Positions 57,201 through 64,000 of a DNA stretch of 64,000 nt are shown here, piece by piece. The position numbers and the translations under genes were made by a program. This DNA comes from Polyangiales bacterium (GTDB taxonomy: Bacteria > Myxococcota_A > Polyangia > Polyangiales > Polyangiaceae): positions 1-64,000 of the forward strand of contig JBBRLQ010000029.1 in assembly GCA_038231275.1 (NCBI GenBank), read 5' to 3'. The notes under the pieces are model-generated. The model did not search any database, was not told where the DNA came from, and saw only the letters and a list, made by a program, of their open reading frames with translations. Each line of letters opens with the position of its first letter. Position 1 is the stretch's first letter.

Positions 57201-57791
57201 GGCCACGCCGATCACCGCGCCGGCGAGATGGACGCGGCGAGGCAGCGCGCGCTCACCGCCCGCTCGGCCTTCCGCGAGCTCGTGAACCCTCGCGGTGAGG
57301 CGGCGTGCGAGCGTCTCCTCGGCATGATCGCCATCGACACCGGCGACTACGCGGCCGGCGAGGCGCACGCCCAGATCGCGCGCAAGCTCTACGAGCGCCT
57401 CCAAGACCCTTGGGGCGATGTCGAGGCGCGCCTCCTCATCGCCCAGGTCGCGCTCGCGCGGGACGACGACGGCGCGCGCGAGATCCTCTCGGAGTGCGAT
57501 CGCATCCAGCTCGACGAGGCGGAGCCCCGCCAGCACCGCCACCTGACCCTCGCGTGGCTCGCCCAGAAGGACTCGCGCTGGGGCGACGCGGCGGGCGAGA
57601 TCGAGAAGGCGCGCGTGGCGTTCGGCGACCGGGCCCGCTGCGGCGATCACACCCCGCAGCTCCTCCAGCGCTTCGCGCGCATGGTCTGGCTCGGCCCCGC
57701 GCTGCCGAAGATCGACGCGTGGCTGGGGGTCATCGAGGGGGTGAACCCCGACACCCCCATTTCTTCGCAGTGGCCGCTCAGCAAAAGGTGA
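54243..57791 (+). CDS. Ser/Thr kinase + AAA/STAND ATPase + TPR protein
   Basis: GRGGMG, VALK, HGDLKPSN, DLG, WVAPE; Walker A GEAGVGKS; Walker B IWFDDLH; GNPLF; TPR-like repeats. Confidence 0.9.
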   Translation: MSQGDKPPESRKSMPPSEIGSLLANRYEVVRELGRGGMGIVYLCKDIVTGERVALKRLRTPEEGKGSQRAEESWWFHQEARAVASLDHPAIVRARDFGSLADGSPYLVMDALPGRSVHEWMHTTTIPWSVVWAMVDQVLAGLAHAHARGIIHGDLKPSNVMLDLASTGRGPRAYVLDLGLAWLRQSRHDPRLDGSPEPELATHSGAGTVGWVAPEQIRKAAPHVGPPTDMYALGCIVYRVLTGKEVFEGNAQEVLRAHKRTPVPPLKLADGVPPGVGPYVQKLLAKKPWQRFELAADARRAWGQLRPTHAPTLEETMASTPLPMPGVPMPASSSPAMGRAVAQARSLAPGLLSMRPSPTIARDSERRELMSVVDQINSGVGPPQRMIAVLGEAGVGKSHLAQWFCEQVHETGRMWPLRARYGRIPTPLDGVTGAVNNFFGLQGADRALVEQTFLNRWEVAKDDEDGLTWVAAIAEWLRPTPPGTVAPLGPTGKRFVLDTAELRQVVVRKILERIAHDRPVLIWFDDLHLASPNTFEMLASLRRDAPRLRILILATARSEALETDLDAALRMESTRADWNGRVLEMKPLSSEETEALLRATLPLHDDAVVGATAQSRGNPLFALQLLHAWAGGGYLTLDKGRYRVPDEALQGRAITTSELWDERLRAVPTDLRLAAYAAAALGEDIRGVVLKALCAALGLDARDAMVALTRAQILLASGNDQFRWAHALLQEHLLARVHERSDAPAVFRLAANALAKHPAVGSRRIMKHRVTNLLKAGDDDLAAQLMFRHIDGSWRRGRDTAATLRDLELLDGHVSGAAAAEYSYWRAEAMRHTGRLEEAKENAELARKAFEHNGDRTREAQALRLLGHLMSDVGQPAQGRVLVEKALGRFEEIGDEAGRAQTLVVLGEIDYLLGEHSRARQVLNDARARCTIVGDALGRAQTQILLAMIETAVGGYQRARSLLMEGRAEFDSIGYRLGIAQCDVVLGHADHRAGEMDAARQRALTARSAFRELVNPRGEAACERLLGMIAIDTGDYAAGEAHAQIARKLYERLQDPWGDVEARLLIAQVALARDDDGAREILSECDRIQLDEAEPRQHRHLTLAWLAQKDSRWGDAAGEIEKARVAFGDRARCGDHTPQLLQRFARMVWLGPALPKIDAWLGVIEGVNPDTPISSQWPLSKR

Positions 57792-57808
57792 GGTAAATCC
57801 TCGCCCCC

Positions 57809-57994
57809 ATGACTACCCCGCAGGATTCGCCGAGGCGCAAGAAGCAGAAGATCCGTCGTGCCAACCAGCTCGCCAAGTGGCGCGAGAAGCAGGCGGTGTC
57901 GGGCAAGACGTCAGCGCCGAAGAAGGCCGCCACCGAGAAGAAGACCGAGAAGAAGACCGAGAAGAAGACCGAGAAGAAGGCCGCGAAGAAGTGA
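57809..57994 (+). CDS. Small Lys-rich (histone-like tail) protein
   Basis: RBS GAGGT; RRKKQKIRR..KW; (TEKK)4; stop overlaps the next start (GTGA). Confidence 0.7.
   Translation: MTTPQDSPRRKKQKIRRANQLAKWREKQAVSGKTSAPKKAATEKKTEKKTEKKTEKKAAKK
57932..57979 (+). repeat. (ACCGAGAAGAAG)4 tandem repeat
   Basis: Four perfect 12-bp copies read directly. Confidence 0.95.
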
Positions 57995-58500
57995 GCGGAG
58001 AGCTGCAGCGCCCGGAGCGCGTGCAGAGCCTCCAGGAGCGCTACTCGCCGAAGGGGGAGTGCTTCGGGTGCGGGCCGGCGAACGTCAAGGGCCTCCGCAT
58101 CCGCAGCCTCCCGCCCGCGAGCCCGGCCGAGGACGGATCTGGCGAGGTGACGTGCGAGTGGAAGGCCGAGCCCCACCACCTCGCGTTTCCCGGGATGCTG
58201 AACGGCGGGATCTGCGGCGCGCTGCTCGACTGCCACTCGAACTGGACCGCCGCGTACCACCTGATGAAGCGCGCGGGGCTCGAGGCACCTCCGTGCACCG
58301 TGACGTCGGAGTTCGCGGTGAAGCTGAAGCGCCCAACGCCCATCGATGCGACGCTGCACCTGGCCGCGCACGTCGTGACGCTCGAGGGAGACCGCGCGAC
58401 GGTGGAGGCGACGCTCACCGCGAACGGGAAGATCACCGCCACGTGCCGCGGGATCTTCGTCGCGGTCAAGGAAGGCCACCCGGCGTTCCACCGCTGGTAG
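57991..58500 (+). CDS. PaaI-family hotdog-fold thioesterase
   Basis: CFGCGPANVKGL, FPGMLNGGICGALLDCH, VKLKRPTP. Confidence 0.88.
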   Translation: MSGELQRPERVQSLQERYSPKGECFGCGPANVKGLRIRSLPPASPAEDGSGEVTCEWKAEPHHLAFPGMLNGGICGALLDCHSNWTAAYHLMKRAGLEAPPCTVTSEFAVKLKRPTPIDATLHLAAHVVTLEGDRATVEATLTANGKITATCRGIFVAVKEGHPAFHRW

Positions 58501-58525
58501 ATGCCGGATCTGCTACCGTCGATAG

Positions 58526-59500
58526 GTGGCGAGGAGCAGGCGTTTCTGGCTCGTATCGGCCGCGGTCGCCCTGTCCGTGGGGGACCTCGGCATGGTGGCG
58601 TGCTCTGGCGATTTACCGACGGCGACTCCCGTCGACGCGGCAGCCGACGCGCCTCCGCCCGACGACGCGGCAGCTCTCGACGCGGCGGACGAAGGCCGAG
58701 GACCAGGCGTCGACGCCGGCACGCTCGGAGCCGCATGCCGCGCGGACGCGGACTGCGCCGCGGGCCTCTCCTGCTGGTCCGCCGCGACCCAGGGCACATT
58801 CTGGCCGCAGCACTTCCCCGCGCTCGGAATGTGCACGGCGCACTGCTCGACCGATTCGGCCTGCAAGGCGCTTTCTCCGAGCGCAAAGTGCGATCCTTCG
58901 AGCCACGCGTGCTTCGAGGGCTGCACGTTCGGCGGCGCGTTGGGCACGTTCGACCCCGCCAAGTGTCACGGGCGCGCCGAGCTCGCGTGCAACCTCGGCA
59001 ATCCTGCGCTTTGCGCGCCGAGCTGCAACGCAGACGAGGATTGCCCGAAGGGCGCCGGCTGCGAGGGGCTCCAGGGGACGTGCGGCGTGAACGTGGGGCC
59101 TAGCAACTTCGCGGCTGTCATCGGTCACAACGCCGACGCTGCCGCCGGCTGCGGCAGCGGCTTTGCGCTCAACGTGTTTCGGCCCGACGCGGGCCGCTTC
59201 ATCTACTGCACGGCGGTGTGCACGGTCGGCGCGCCGCGCTCGTGCGGGTGGGATGGCAAGACGCTCCCCGCGCCGACGATGTGCGTTCCGGTGCCCGGGC
59301 ACCCGGAGACGAGCGCCGGCGACCTCGGCGAGTGCGCGCGATTGTGCGAGTGTGACGCCGATTGCGACGGGCTCCTGTCGTGCGTCCCGCTCGATCCCGC
59401 GCTCGCCGCCAAGGCGGGGCACCGCGGGGCGTGCGCGGATGCCATCAAATTCCCCGATGCCGGGACCCTGGCGTGCGCGACCGACGCGGGCCCCGGCTGA
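58526..59500 (+). CDS. Cys-rich lipoprotein
   Basis: Lipobox MVAC; repeated C-x-x-D-x-D-C motifs (CRADADC, CSTDSAC, CNADEDC, CECDADC). Confidence 0.75.
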   Translation: MARSRRFWLVSAAVALSVGDLGMVACSGDLPTATPVDAAADAPPPDDAAALDAADEGRGPGVDAGTLGAACRADADCAAGLSCWSAATQGTFWPQHFPALGMCTAHCSTDSACKALSPSAKCDPSSHACFEGCTFGGALGTFDPAKCHGRAELACNLGNPALCAPSCNADEDCPKGAGCEGLQGTCGVNVGPSNFAAVIGHNADAAAGCGSGFALNVFRPDAGRFIYCTAVCTVGAPRSCGWDGKTLPAPTMCVPVPGHPETSAGDLGECARLCECDADCDGLLSCVPLDPALAAKAGHRGACADAIKFPDAGTLACATDAGPG

Positions 59501-59514
59501 GTGAAGCGAAGCGC

Positions 59515-59534
59515 AGCGGAGCGAAACGCTCCTG
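59515..59534. repeat. REP-like hairpin element, copy 2 (between convergent genes)
   Basis: Identical 20-mer to 22300-22319. Confidence 0.7.
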
Positions 59535-59543
59535 CCTCGAGAA

Positions 59544-60401
59544 TCAGGACACCTTGACGTCGACCATCGCGCGGCTGACCTCGTCGAGCGACTCGTTGGT
59601 GCTCTCGACGTTCTTGAGCGCGGCGTCGTCGAGGCCGAGCTCGGCGGCGCGCACGGTGTCGACCGCGGTGTAGGCGCGCGAGAGCGCGGTGACGTGATCT
59701 CCGATCTTGGCGTCGACCATCTTGACGACGGCCTCGGCGGGCGACGGACCGCCCAGGAGCCGGACGGTGCGCGTGCGCTCGAGGCGAACGCGCGCCTCGG
59801 CGAGCCGGAGGAGCGCCTGCCAGGTCTTCTGCACGTGCTTCACCGACTCGCGATCGAGCGGGATGTCGCGCACGTTGCGTCGGAGCTCGGCGCCGTCGGC
59901 GAGCGCGCTCTTCGCGGGGTCGGGGAGGAGCGCGGCGGTGCCTGCGAGGGCGTGGGCGATCGGATCGTCCGCGTCGACGAGGAGGGGCAGCGCGACGAGG
60001 ACGCCGGCGACCACGACCGCCACGAGGCGAACAGCGAGGGGAGCGAAGAGGTACGCGCTCGAGAGGCTCGCCGCCATCGCGCCTCCAAGGACCGCGGCTC
60101 CGACATGAATCAAACGAGCCGGCGCCGTGCGGACGCGCACGGTTCGTTCGGCAAACGCGAGGCCGACGAGGACGGCGCCGCCGACCATCGGCGACACGCT
60201 CCCGAGGACGGTCCCCGCGAAGGCGCCCGCCGCGCCGCCCGCGAGCGCGAGCGAGTGAAGCCCGCCGCTCGCCGCAACGGCGAGGAGCAGCGCGAGGGCG
60301 AGGAGGGCGAGCGAGCCGCCGACATGCCCGAGGCTGCCGATGTAGGGAGCGGCGCCGAACGCGCACGCCGCGGCGATGAGGACAGAGAGCTTGCGCATCA
60401 T
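59544..60401 (-). CDS. Membrane protein with C-terminal helical domain
   Basis: About six hydrophobic segments then an amphipathic helical tail; starts 7 bp after the vWA gene stop. Confidence 0.72.
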   Translation of the reverse strand: MMRKLSVLIAAACAFGAAPYIGSLGHVGGSLALLALALLLAVAASGGLHSLALAGGAAGAFAGTVLGSVSPMVGGAVLVGLAFAERTVRVRTAPARLIHVGAAVLGGAMAASLSSAYLFAPLAVRLVAVVVAGVLVALPLLVDADDPIAHALAGTAALLPDPAKSALADGAELRRNVRDIPLDRESVKHVQKTWQALLRLAEARVRLERTRTVRLLGGPSPAEAVVKMVDAKIGDHVTALSRAYTAVDTVRAAELGLDDAALKNVESTNESLDEVSRAMVDVKVS

Positions 60402-60408
60402 GATCCCC

Positions 60409-61845
60409 TCACCACGCCACGCGGCCGAGGTTGTTGTTGTCTTCGGCGACGGCCTTCTTCGCGGCGATGTTTCCGGCCTGCGTCCCCGGCTTGGCCATCA
60501 TCGGCCGCCGCGACTTGTACTCGGCGGATTGCTTGAAGATCGATGTCGCCATGGCCGGCGGCGCGACGGCAGCGGCGCGATCGAGATCCTTCTCGCTCTT
60601 GTCCATGAGCGTTTGCGCGCGGAGGGCGTCTCCCTTCGCGTAGGCCTCGGCGGCCTCGAGCTGGAGCTGCGACGCCTGCACGCTGGTGGCGCTGGCGAGG
60701 ACGCGCCCGTCGCGCGCGCCGTTGACGTCGGCGAGATCGGTCACGCCCGCGAGCGCGAGATCCCCGAACCCGGCCTCGACCGGCGCGCCGCCGATGCGCG
60801 ACCACGCCGCGTTGCCGCGAATGCGCTGCACGTCGGAGACCCCGATCGAAGCGTCGAGCTCGACGATGGCGCGGCGCTCGTCGCCGGCGAACATCGAGCC
60901 CATCCGAAGCGTGACGGTGTTGCCTGACGTCGACTGCACGTCGGCGCCGCTGGCGCGGACGAAGTGCACGCCCGGCGGGAGATCGAGGCGCACCGTGGCA
61001 TTCTCGATCGTCGTCGTCGCCGTCTCCACGAGCTCACGCTTCAGGAAGCCTGCCAGCGCCGACGCGTCCTTGACGAACGCGAAGTTTCCGTGACCCGAGC
61101 GGGCGACGCCGCCCATGTACCCCTCGTCGAAATCGAGGCCGATGCCCATCGACGACACGGTGATGCCGCGCTCGAAGGCGCCAGACGCCAGGCCCTCGGC
61201 CGCTTGCCGCGTGGAGTCGAGGCCGTCGCTGGCGAGCACGACGCGTCGAACGCGCGCGCGCGACGCCATGTCGAGCTGCGTGAGCGCCGCGGAGAGCCCG
61301 CGGGGGATCGCGGTGCCGCCCCCGGCGTGGATGCTCCGGATCTCGGAGATCAGCGTCTCGCGCACGGCGCCGACGCGGGCGAGCGATTGAACGACCTCGG
61401 CCTCGTCGGCGTAGCGAATGAACGCGACCTCGTCGTCGTCGCGCATGTCGCGGACGAGGCGGACGGCGGCGTCTTTCGCCTCTTGGATCTTGTCGCCCTC
61501 CATCGAGCCCGACGTGTCGAGCACGATGGCCAGCGACAATGGCGCGCGCTCCACGCCCTGCGCGGCCGCGTCGGCAACGACACGGACCTCCGCGAACACC
61601 TGCGTGGGCGTCCCGCCGAGCACCTTGGCGTGGCTGAGGGCGACTTGACCATGCGCGCCAGGGCCAGCGAATTGCGCGAGGTTGTTCCCTTGGCCGAGCG
61701 GCACAGTGTGCACCACGAACGGTTGGCCGGGCGCCGCGCCCGCCGGAGCCCGGAAGAGAATGAGGCCGCCGGCGGCGAGGACGATGGCGCTCGCGGCGAG
61801 ACCGCGGCGAATGCGGGGCGTGCGCAGCCAGGTGACGATGGACAT
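60409..61845 (-). CDS. Secreted or anchored vWA domain protein (paralog of 16160..17755)
   Basis: RBS AGGAG; hydrophobic N-terminus; MIDAS DTSGSM; GGGT; LASDG; SSMGIGLDFDE. Confidence 0.85.
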   Translation of the reverse strand: MSIVTWLRTPRIRRGLAASAIVLAAGGLILFRAPAGAAPGQPFVVHTVPLGQGNNLAQFAGPGAHGQVALSHAKVLGGTPTQVFAEVRVVADAAAQGVERAPLSLAIVLDTSGSMEGDKIQEAKDAAVRLVRDMRDDDEVAFIRYADEAEVVQSLARVGAVRETLISEIRSIHAGGGTAIPRGLSAALTQLDMASRARVRRVVLASDGLDSTRQAAEGLASGAFERGITVSSMGIGLDFDEGYMGGVARSGHGNFAFVKDASALAGFLKRELVETATTTIENATVRLDLPPGVHFVRASGADVQSTSGNTVTLRMGSMFAGDERRAIVELDASIGVSDVQRIRGNAAWSRIGGAPVEAGFGDLALAGVTDLADVNGARDGRVLASATSVQASQLQLEAAEAYAKGDALRAQTLMDKSEKDLDRAAAVAPPAMATSIFKQSAEYKSRRPMMAKPGTQAGNIAAKKAVAEDNNNLGRVAW

Positions 61846-62079
61846 GGAGGTCTCCTGTCGCCGGGGCAAAATGAGCGCCGGCGGTGAACGTTGGCGGGCG
61901 AAAGGCGCCGCTCCCCCGTCTCTACGCAGCAAAAGGACGAACGATCTGAATAACCGCCCCGGCGCGTGTACAGGGCCTCCGCGCACCGTGGCGCACCTTG
62001 GGCGAGAAACGTTTTCCCGCGACGCCGAGTTGAGAAGACTCCAGCGGGCTCCCGCGGTACCTTTATGCATCCGCGCGTG

Positions 62080-62775
62080 ATGCCCCGACCGTCACCTTTC
62101 CCGCCGCTCGAGCTCGACCTCGACGACATGTCGCCGTCCGGGCTTCGTCCGTCGCCTACCGTCGATGCCTCCGCCAAGGCGCCGGCCGACAAGCGGAATA
62201 CCGCTCCGCCGGAGTTCGACCTCGAGACGTTCGCGAAGGAGGTCATGGCCGAGGGACTCGACGCGCCTGGCCACCCCGGCGACCAGCCCGGCCTGCCGGA
62301 TCCCCCGGAGAGCGAGGTCCGCGCGGTGAGCGACACCGCGAAGACCGGCCCGCCGCCCGCGACGTCGCTCTATCCCGAGAAGAGCGACAGCCAGCGGACC
62401 GCCCCCTCCATCCACGCCGAGCTCGACGACCTGCTCGCGAGCCGCGATCACCGCGCCGCGATCGTCGTCGCCGAGCAGATCCTCGCCGACGATCCCGACG
62501 ACATCCGCGCCAAGGCCGGCGTTCAGCGCTGCCACGCCGCGCTCGAGGAGATGTACGTGCTACGCCTTGGCTCGCTCGAGGGCGTCCCGCGCGTCGCGAT
62601 CACGCGCGAGGAGATCACCGGCCTCGCCCTCGACCACCGCTCCGGCTTTGTCTTCGCGCTCATCGACGGCATCTGCACCCTCGAGATGATCCTCGACATG
62701 GCGAGCATGCCGCGCCTCGACGCGCTCCGGGTCTTGCTCGAGCTCGTCCAGCAGGGCACCGTCGCCCTCGACTGA
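62080..62775 (+). CDS. Hypothetical protein: disordered N-terminus, TPR-like helix, C-terminal wHTH-like domain
   Basis: LDHRSGFVFALIDG..TLEMILDMASMPRLDALRVLLELVQQG. Start 62065 or 62080. Confidence 0.65.
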   Translation: MPRPSPFPPLELDLDDMSPSGLRPSPTVDASAKAPADKRNTAPPEFDLETFAKEVMAEGLDAPGHPGDQPGLPDPPESEVRAVSDTAKTGPPPATSLYPEKSDSQRTAPSIHAELDDLLASRDHRAAIVVAEQILADDPDDIRAKAGVQRCHAALEEMYVLRLGSLEGVPRVAITREEITGLALDHRSGFVFALIDGICTLEMILDMASMPRLDALRVLLELVQQGTVALD

Positions 62776-62800
62776 TCGATCGGCGCGGTCGAAACGAGCC

Positions 62801-63787
62801 TCACGGATCCTTGGCCGGCGTCCGATCGTGATCGGTCACCGGGTTCTCGCGCTGCGCCGGCAACGTGTCCTTCACGGGCTTCGCCGGCGGGCTCCCGGTA
62901 CCCGGGCGCGGCGAGATGAGCACGCTGGCCGACGGCGCGGCGATGATGAGGTTCCCGTTCGCCCCCGCCTGCCGGTAGATCTCCGGCAGCTTCGTCTGCA
63001 TGTCGTACTGGAGGTATTCGGGGTTCTTCTTGAGCGCCGCGCCGATCTTGTCGATGCGCGCCGCCACCACTTCGCCTTCCTTCTCGGCCAGGTCGCGCTT
63101 CATGGTCGCCGTCTGGATCTCCGCCGTCACGCGCTCGCGCTCGGCGATCGCTTTGTCCTTGAGCACCGCCTGCACCGCCCGGTCCACGTTCGCCGCGTCC
63201 ATCGCGTCGGGGAAGTCGAGGTTCGACAGGTTCACCTCGTACACCTTGATGATGTGCTTCTCGCGCGCGTTCATGATCTCCTGGAACTCCTTGCGGATGC
63301 CGTTCAGGACCTCTTCGCGCTTCTCGTTCAAGTCGTTCGCGCGGTACGGCGAGACCACCTGGCGCACCGCCTCGCCCACCGCGGGACGGACGAGCCCGTT
63401 GTAGAGCCGCTCCGCGCTGATCGTGTTGCCCTTGTCGGGCGTGCCGCTGGCGAGAAGCTGCTCGACCGTCTTGTCGTCGCAGTCGGCCGAGAATCGCACG
63501 TAGATGTCGAGGCCGAACTGAACGCCGTCCTTCGTGAGCGCCGTCAGCGGCTCGCGCACCGTCAGCACCGAGCAGTCGACCATGAAGATCTCGTTGTAGG
63601 TCCCCGTGAAATAGGTGCCTGGTCCGAGCACGGGGCCGGTGAAGCCCTTGTCGCCCATGTAGAGGGCGAGCGCGCCGGTGCGGCTGAACATCCTCCCCTT
63701 GTGGGCCTGCGGCACGTCCATGCTGGCGCAGCCGAGGAAGGACGCGGAGAAACAGACCATCGAAAAGGCGAGGATGGGGGTACGCAT
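62801..63787 (-). CDS. SPFH/Band 7 domain lipoprotein
   Basis: Lipobox FLGC; VPQAHKG, LGPGTY, LTKDG, VNLSNLDFP, coiled C-terminus. Confidence 0.85.
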   Translation of the reverse strand: MRTPILAFSMVCFSASFLGCASMDVPQAHKGRMFSRTGALALYMGDKGFTGPVLGPGTYFTGTYNEIFMVDCSVLTVREPLTALTKDGVQFGLDIYVRFSADCDDKTVEQLLASGTPDKGNTISAERLYNGLVRPAVGEAVRQVVSPYRANDLNEKREEVLNGIRKEFQEIMNAREKHIIKVYEVNLSNLDFPDAMDAANVDRAVQAVLKDKAIAERERVTAEIQTATMKRDLAEKEGEVVAARIDKIGAALKKNPEYLQYDMQTKLPEIYRQAGANGNLIIAAPSASVLISPRPGTGSPPAKPVKDTLPAQRENPVTDHDRTPAKDP

Positions 63788-63876
63788 GGGCTCCGCCCTA
63801 GCACTCGCCGTGCCGACCGAAAATGCTAAGGTGCTCGCGTTTCGAAAGCAGACCAGAGGCTCGGGAGGCCATCTCA

Positions 63877-64000
63877 ATGGGCGACGCGATGTGGGCGCTT
63901 ACGTACGACCGAAAGATGGACCCCTGGGGCAAGACCACCGGCCTCCGGAAGACCGAAGTGGAGAAGCCGGTCCTCGACGAGTCGCGCGACTACAAGGATA
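63877..64000 (+). CDS. Partial CDS (5' end), possibly a zinc-dependent dehydrogenase
   Basis: RBS GGAGG, ATG at 63877, MGDAMWALTYDRKMDPWGKTTGLRKTEVEKPVL... runs off the window. Family call is a guess. Confidence 0.45.
   Translation, partial: MGDAMWALTYDRKMDPWGKTTGLRKTEVEKPVLDESRDYKD

Noticed and set aside
1..64000. tRNA/rRNA genes, IS elements, prophage or recognised defence systems
   Set aside because: No cloverleaf, rRNA, transposase, integrase or phage motifs were recognised by eye. tRNAscan-SE, Infernal and DefenseFinder would be needed to exclude them fully.

Overview
GC-rich, gene-dense bacterial chromosomal segment. Multiple eukaryotic-like Ser/Thr kinases, Cys-rich lipoproteins, vWA proteins and an ECF/anti-sigma pair point to a myxobacterium (Polyangiaceae-like; inference). 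About 53 CDSs are supported. Housekeeping blocks: leuS-lptE, FKBP-parvulin-lnt, ruvX-mltG, glk-tkt and gnd-zwf-opcA-pgl. I saw no rRNA, tRNA, CRISPR array or transposase. The standout is a tightly coupled operon at about 7.6-16.1 kb: an intact membrane Ser/Thr kinase; a pseudokinase fused to a pentaheme c-type cytochrome; a protein with two cNMP-binding domains, 4x[4Fe-4S] and a probable di-heme-b membrane domain; and a tetraheme cytochrome c fused to a ferredoxin and a circularly permuted TrxB-like flavoreductase. Together they look like a kinase- and cyclic-nucleotide-linked transmembrane electron conduit. Other notable items: a HisS N-terminal relic in frame with a secreted repeat protein, a 1480-aa anti-sigma/FecR/VIT/vWA/TPR fusion with a degenerate ECF sigma, an SOS-box-like operator before a YprB/MrfB-like exonuclease, and a 20-bp REP-like hairpin present twice. 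All calls are from motif reading by eye; no searches were run.
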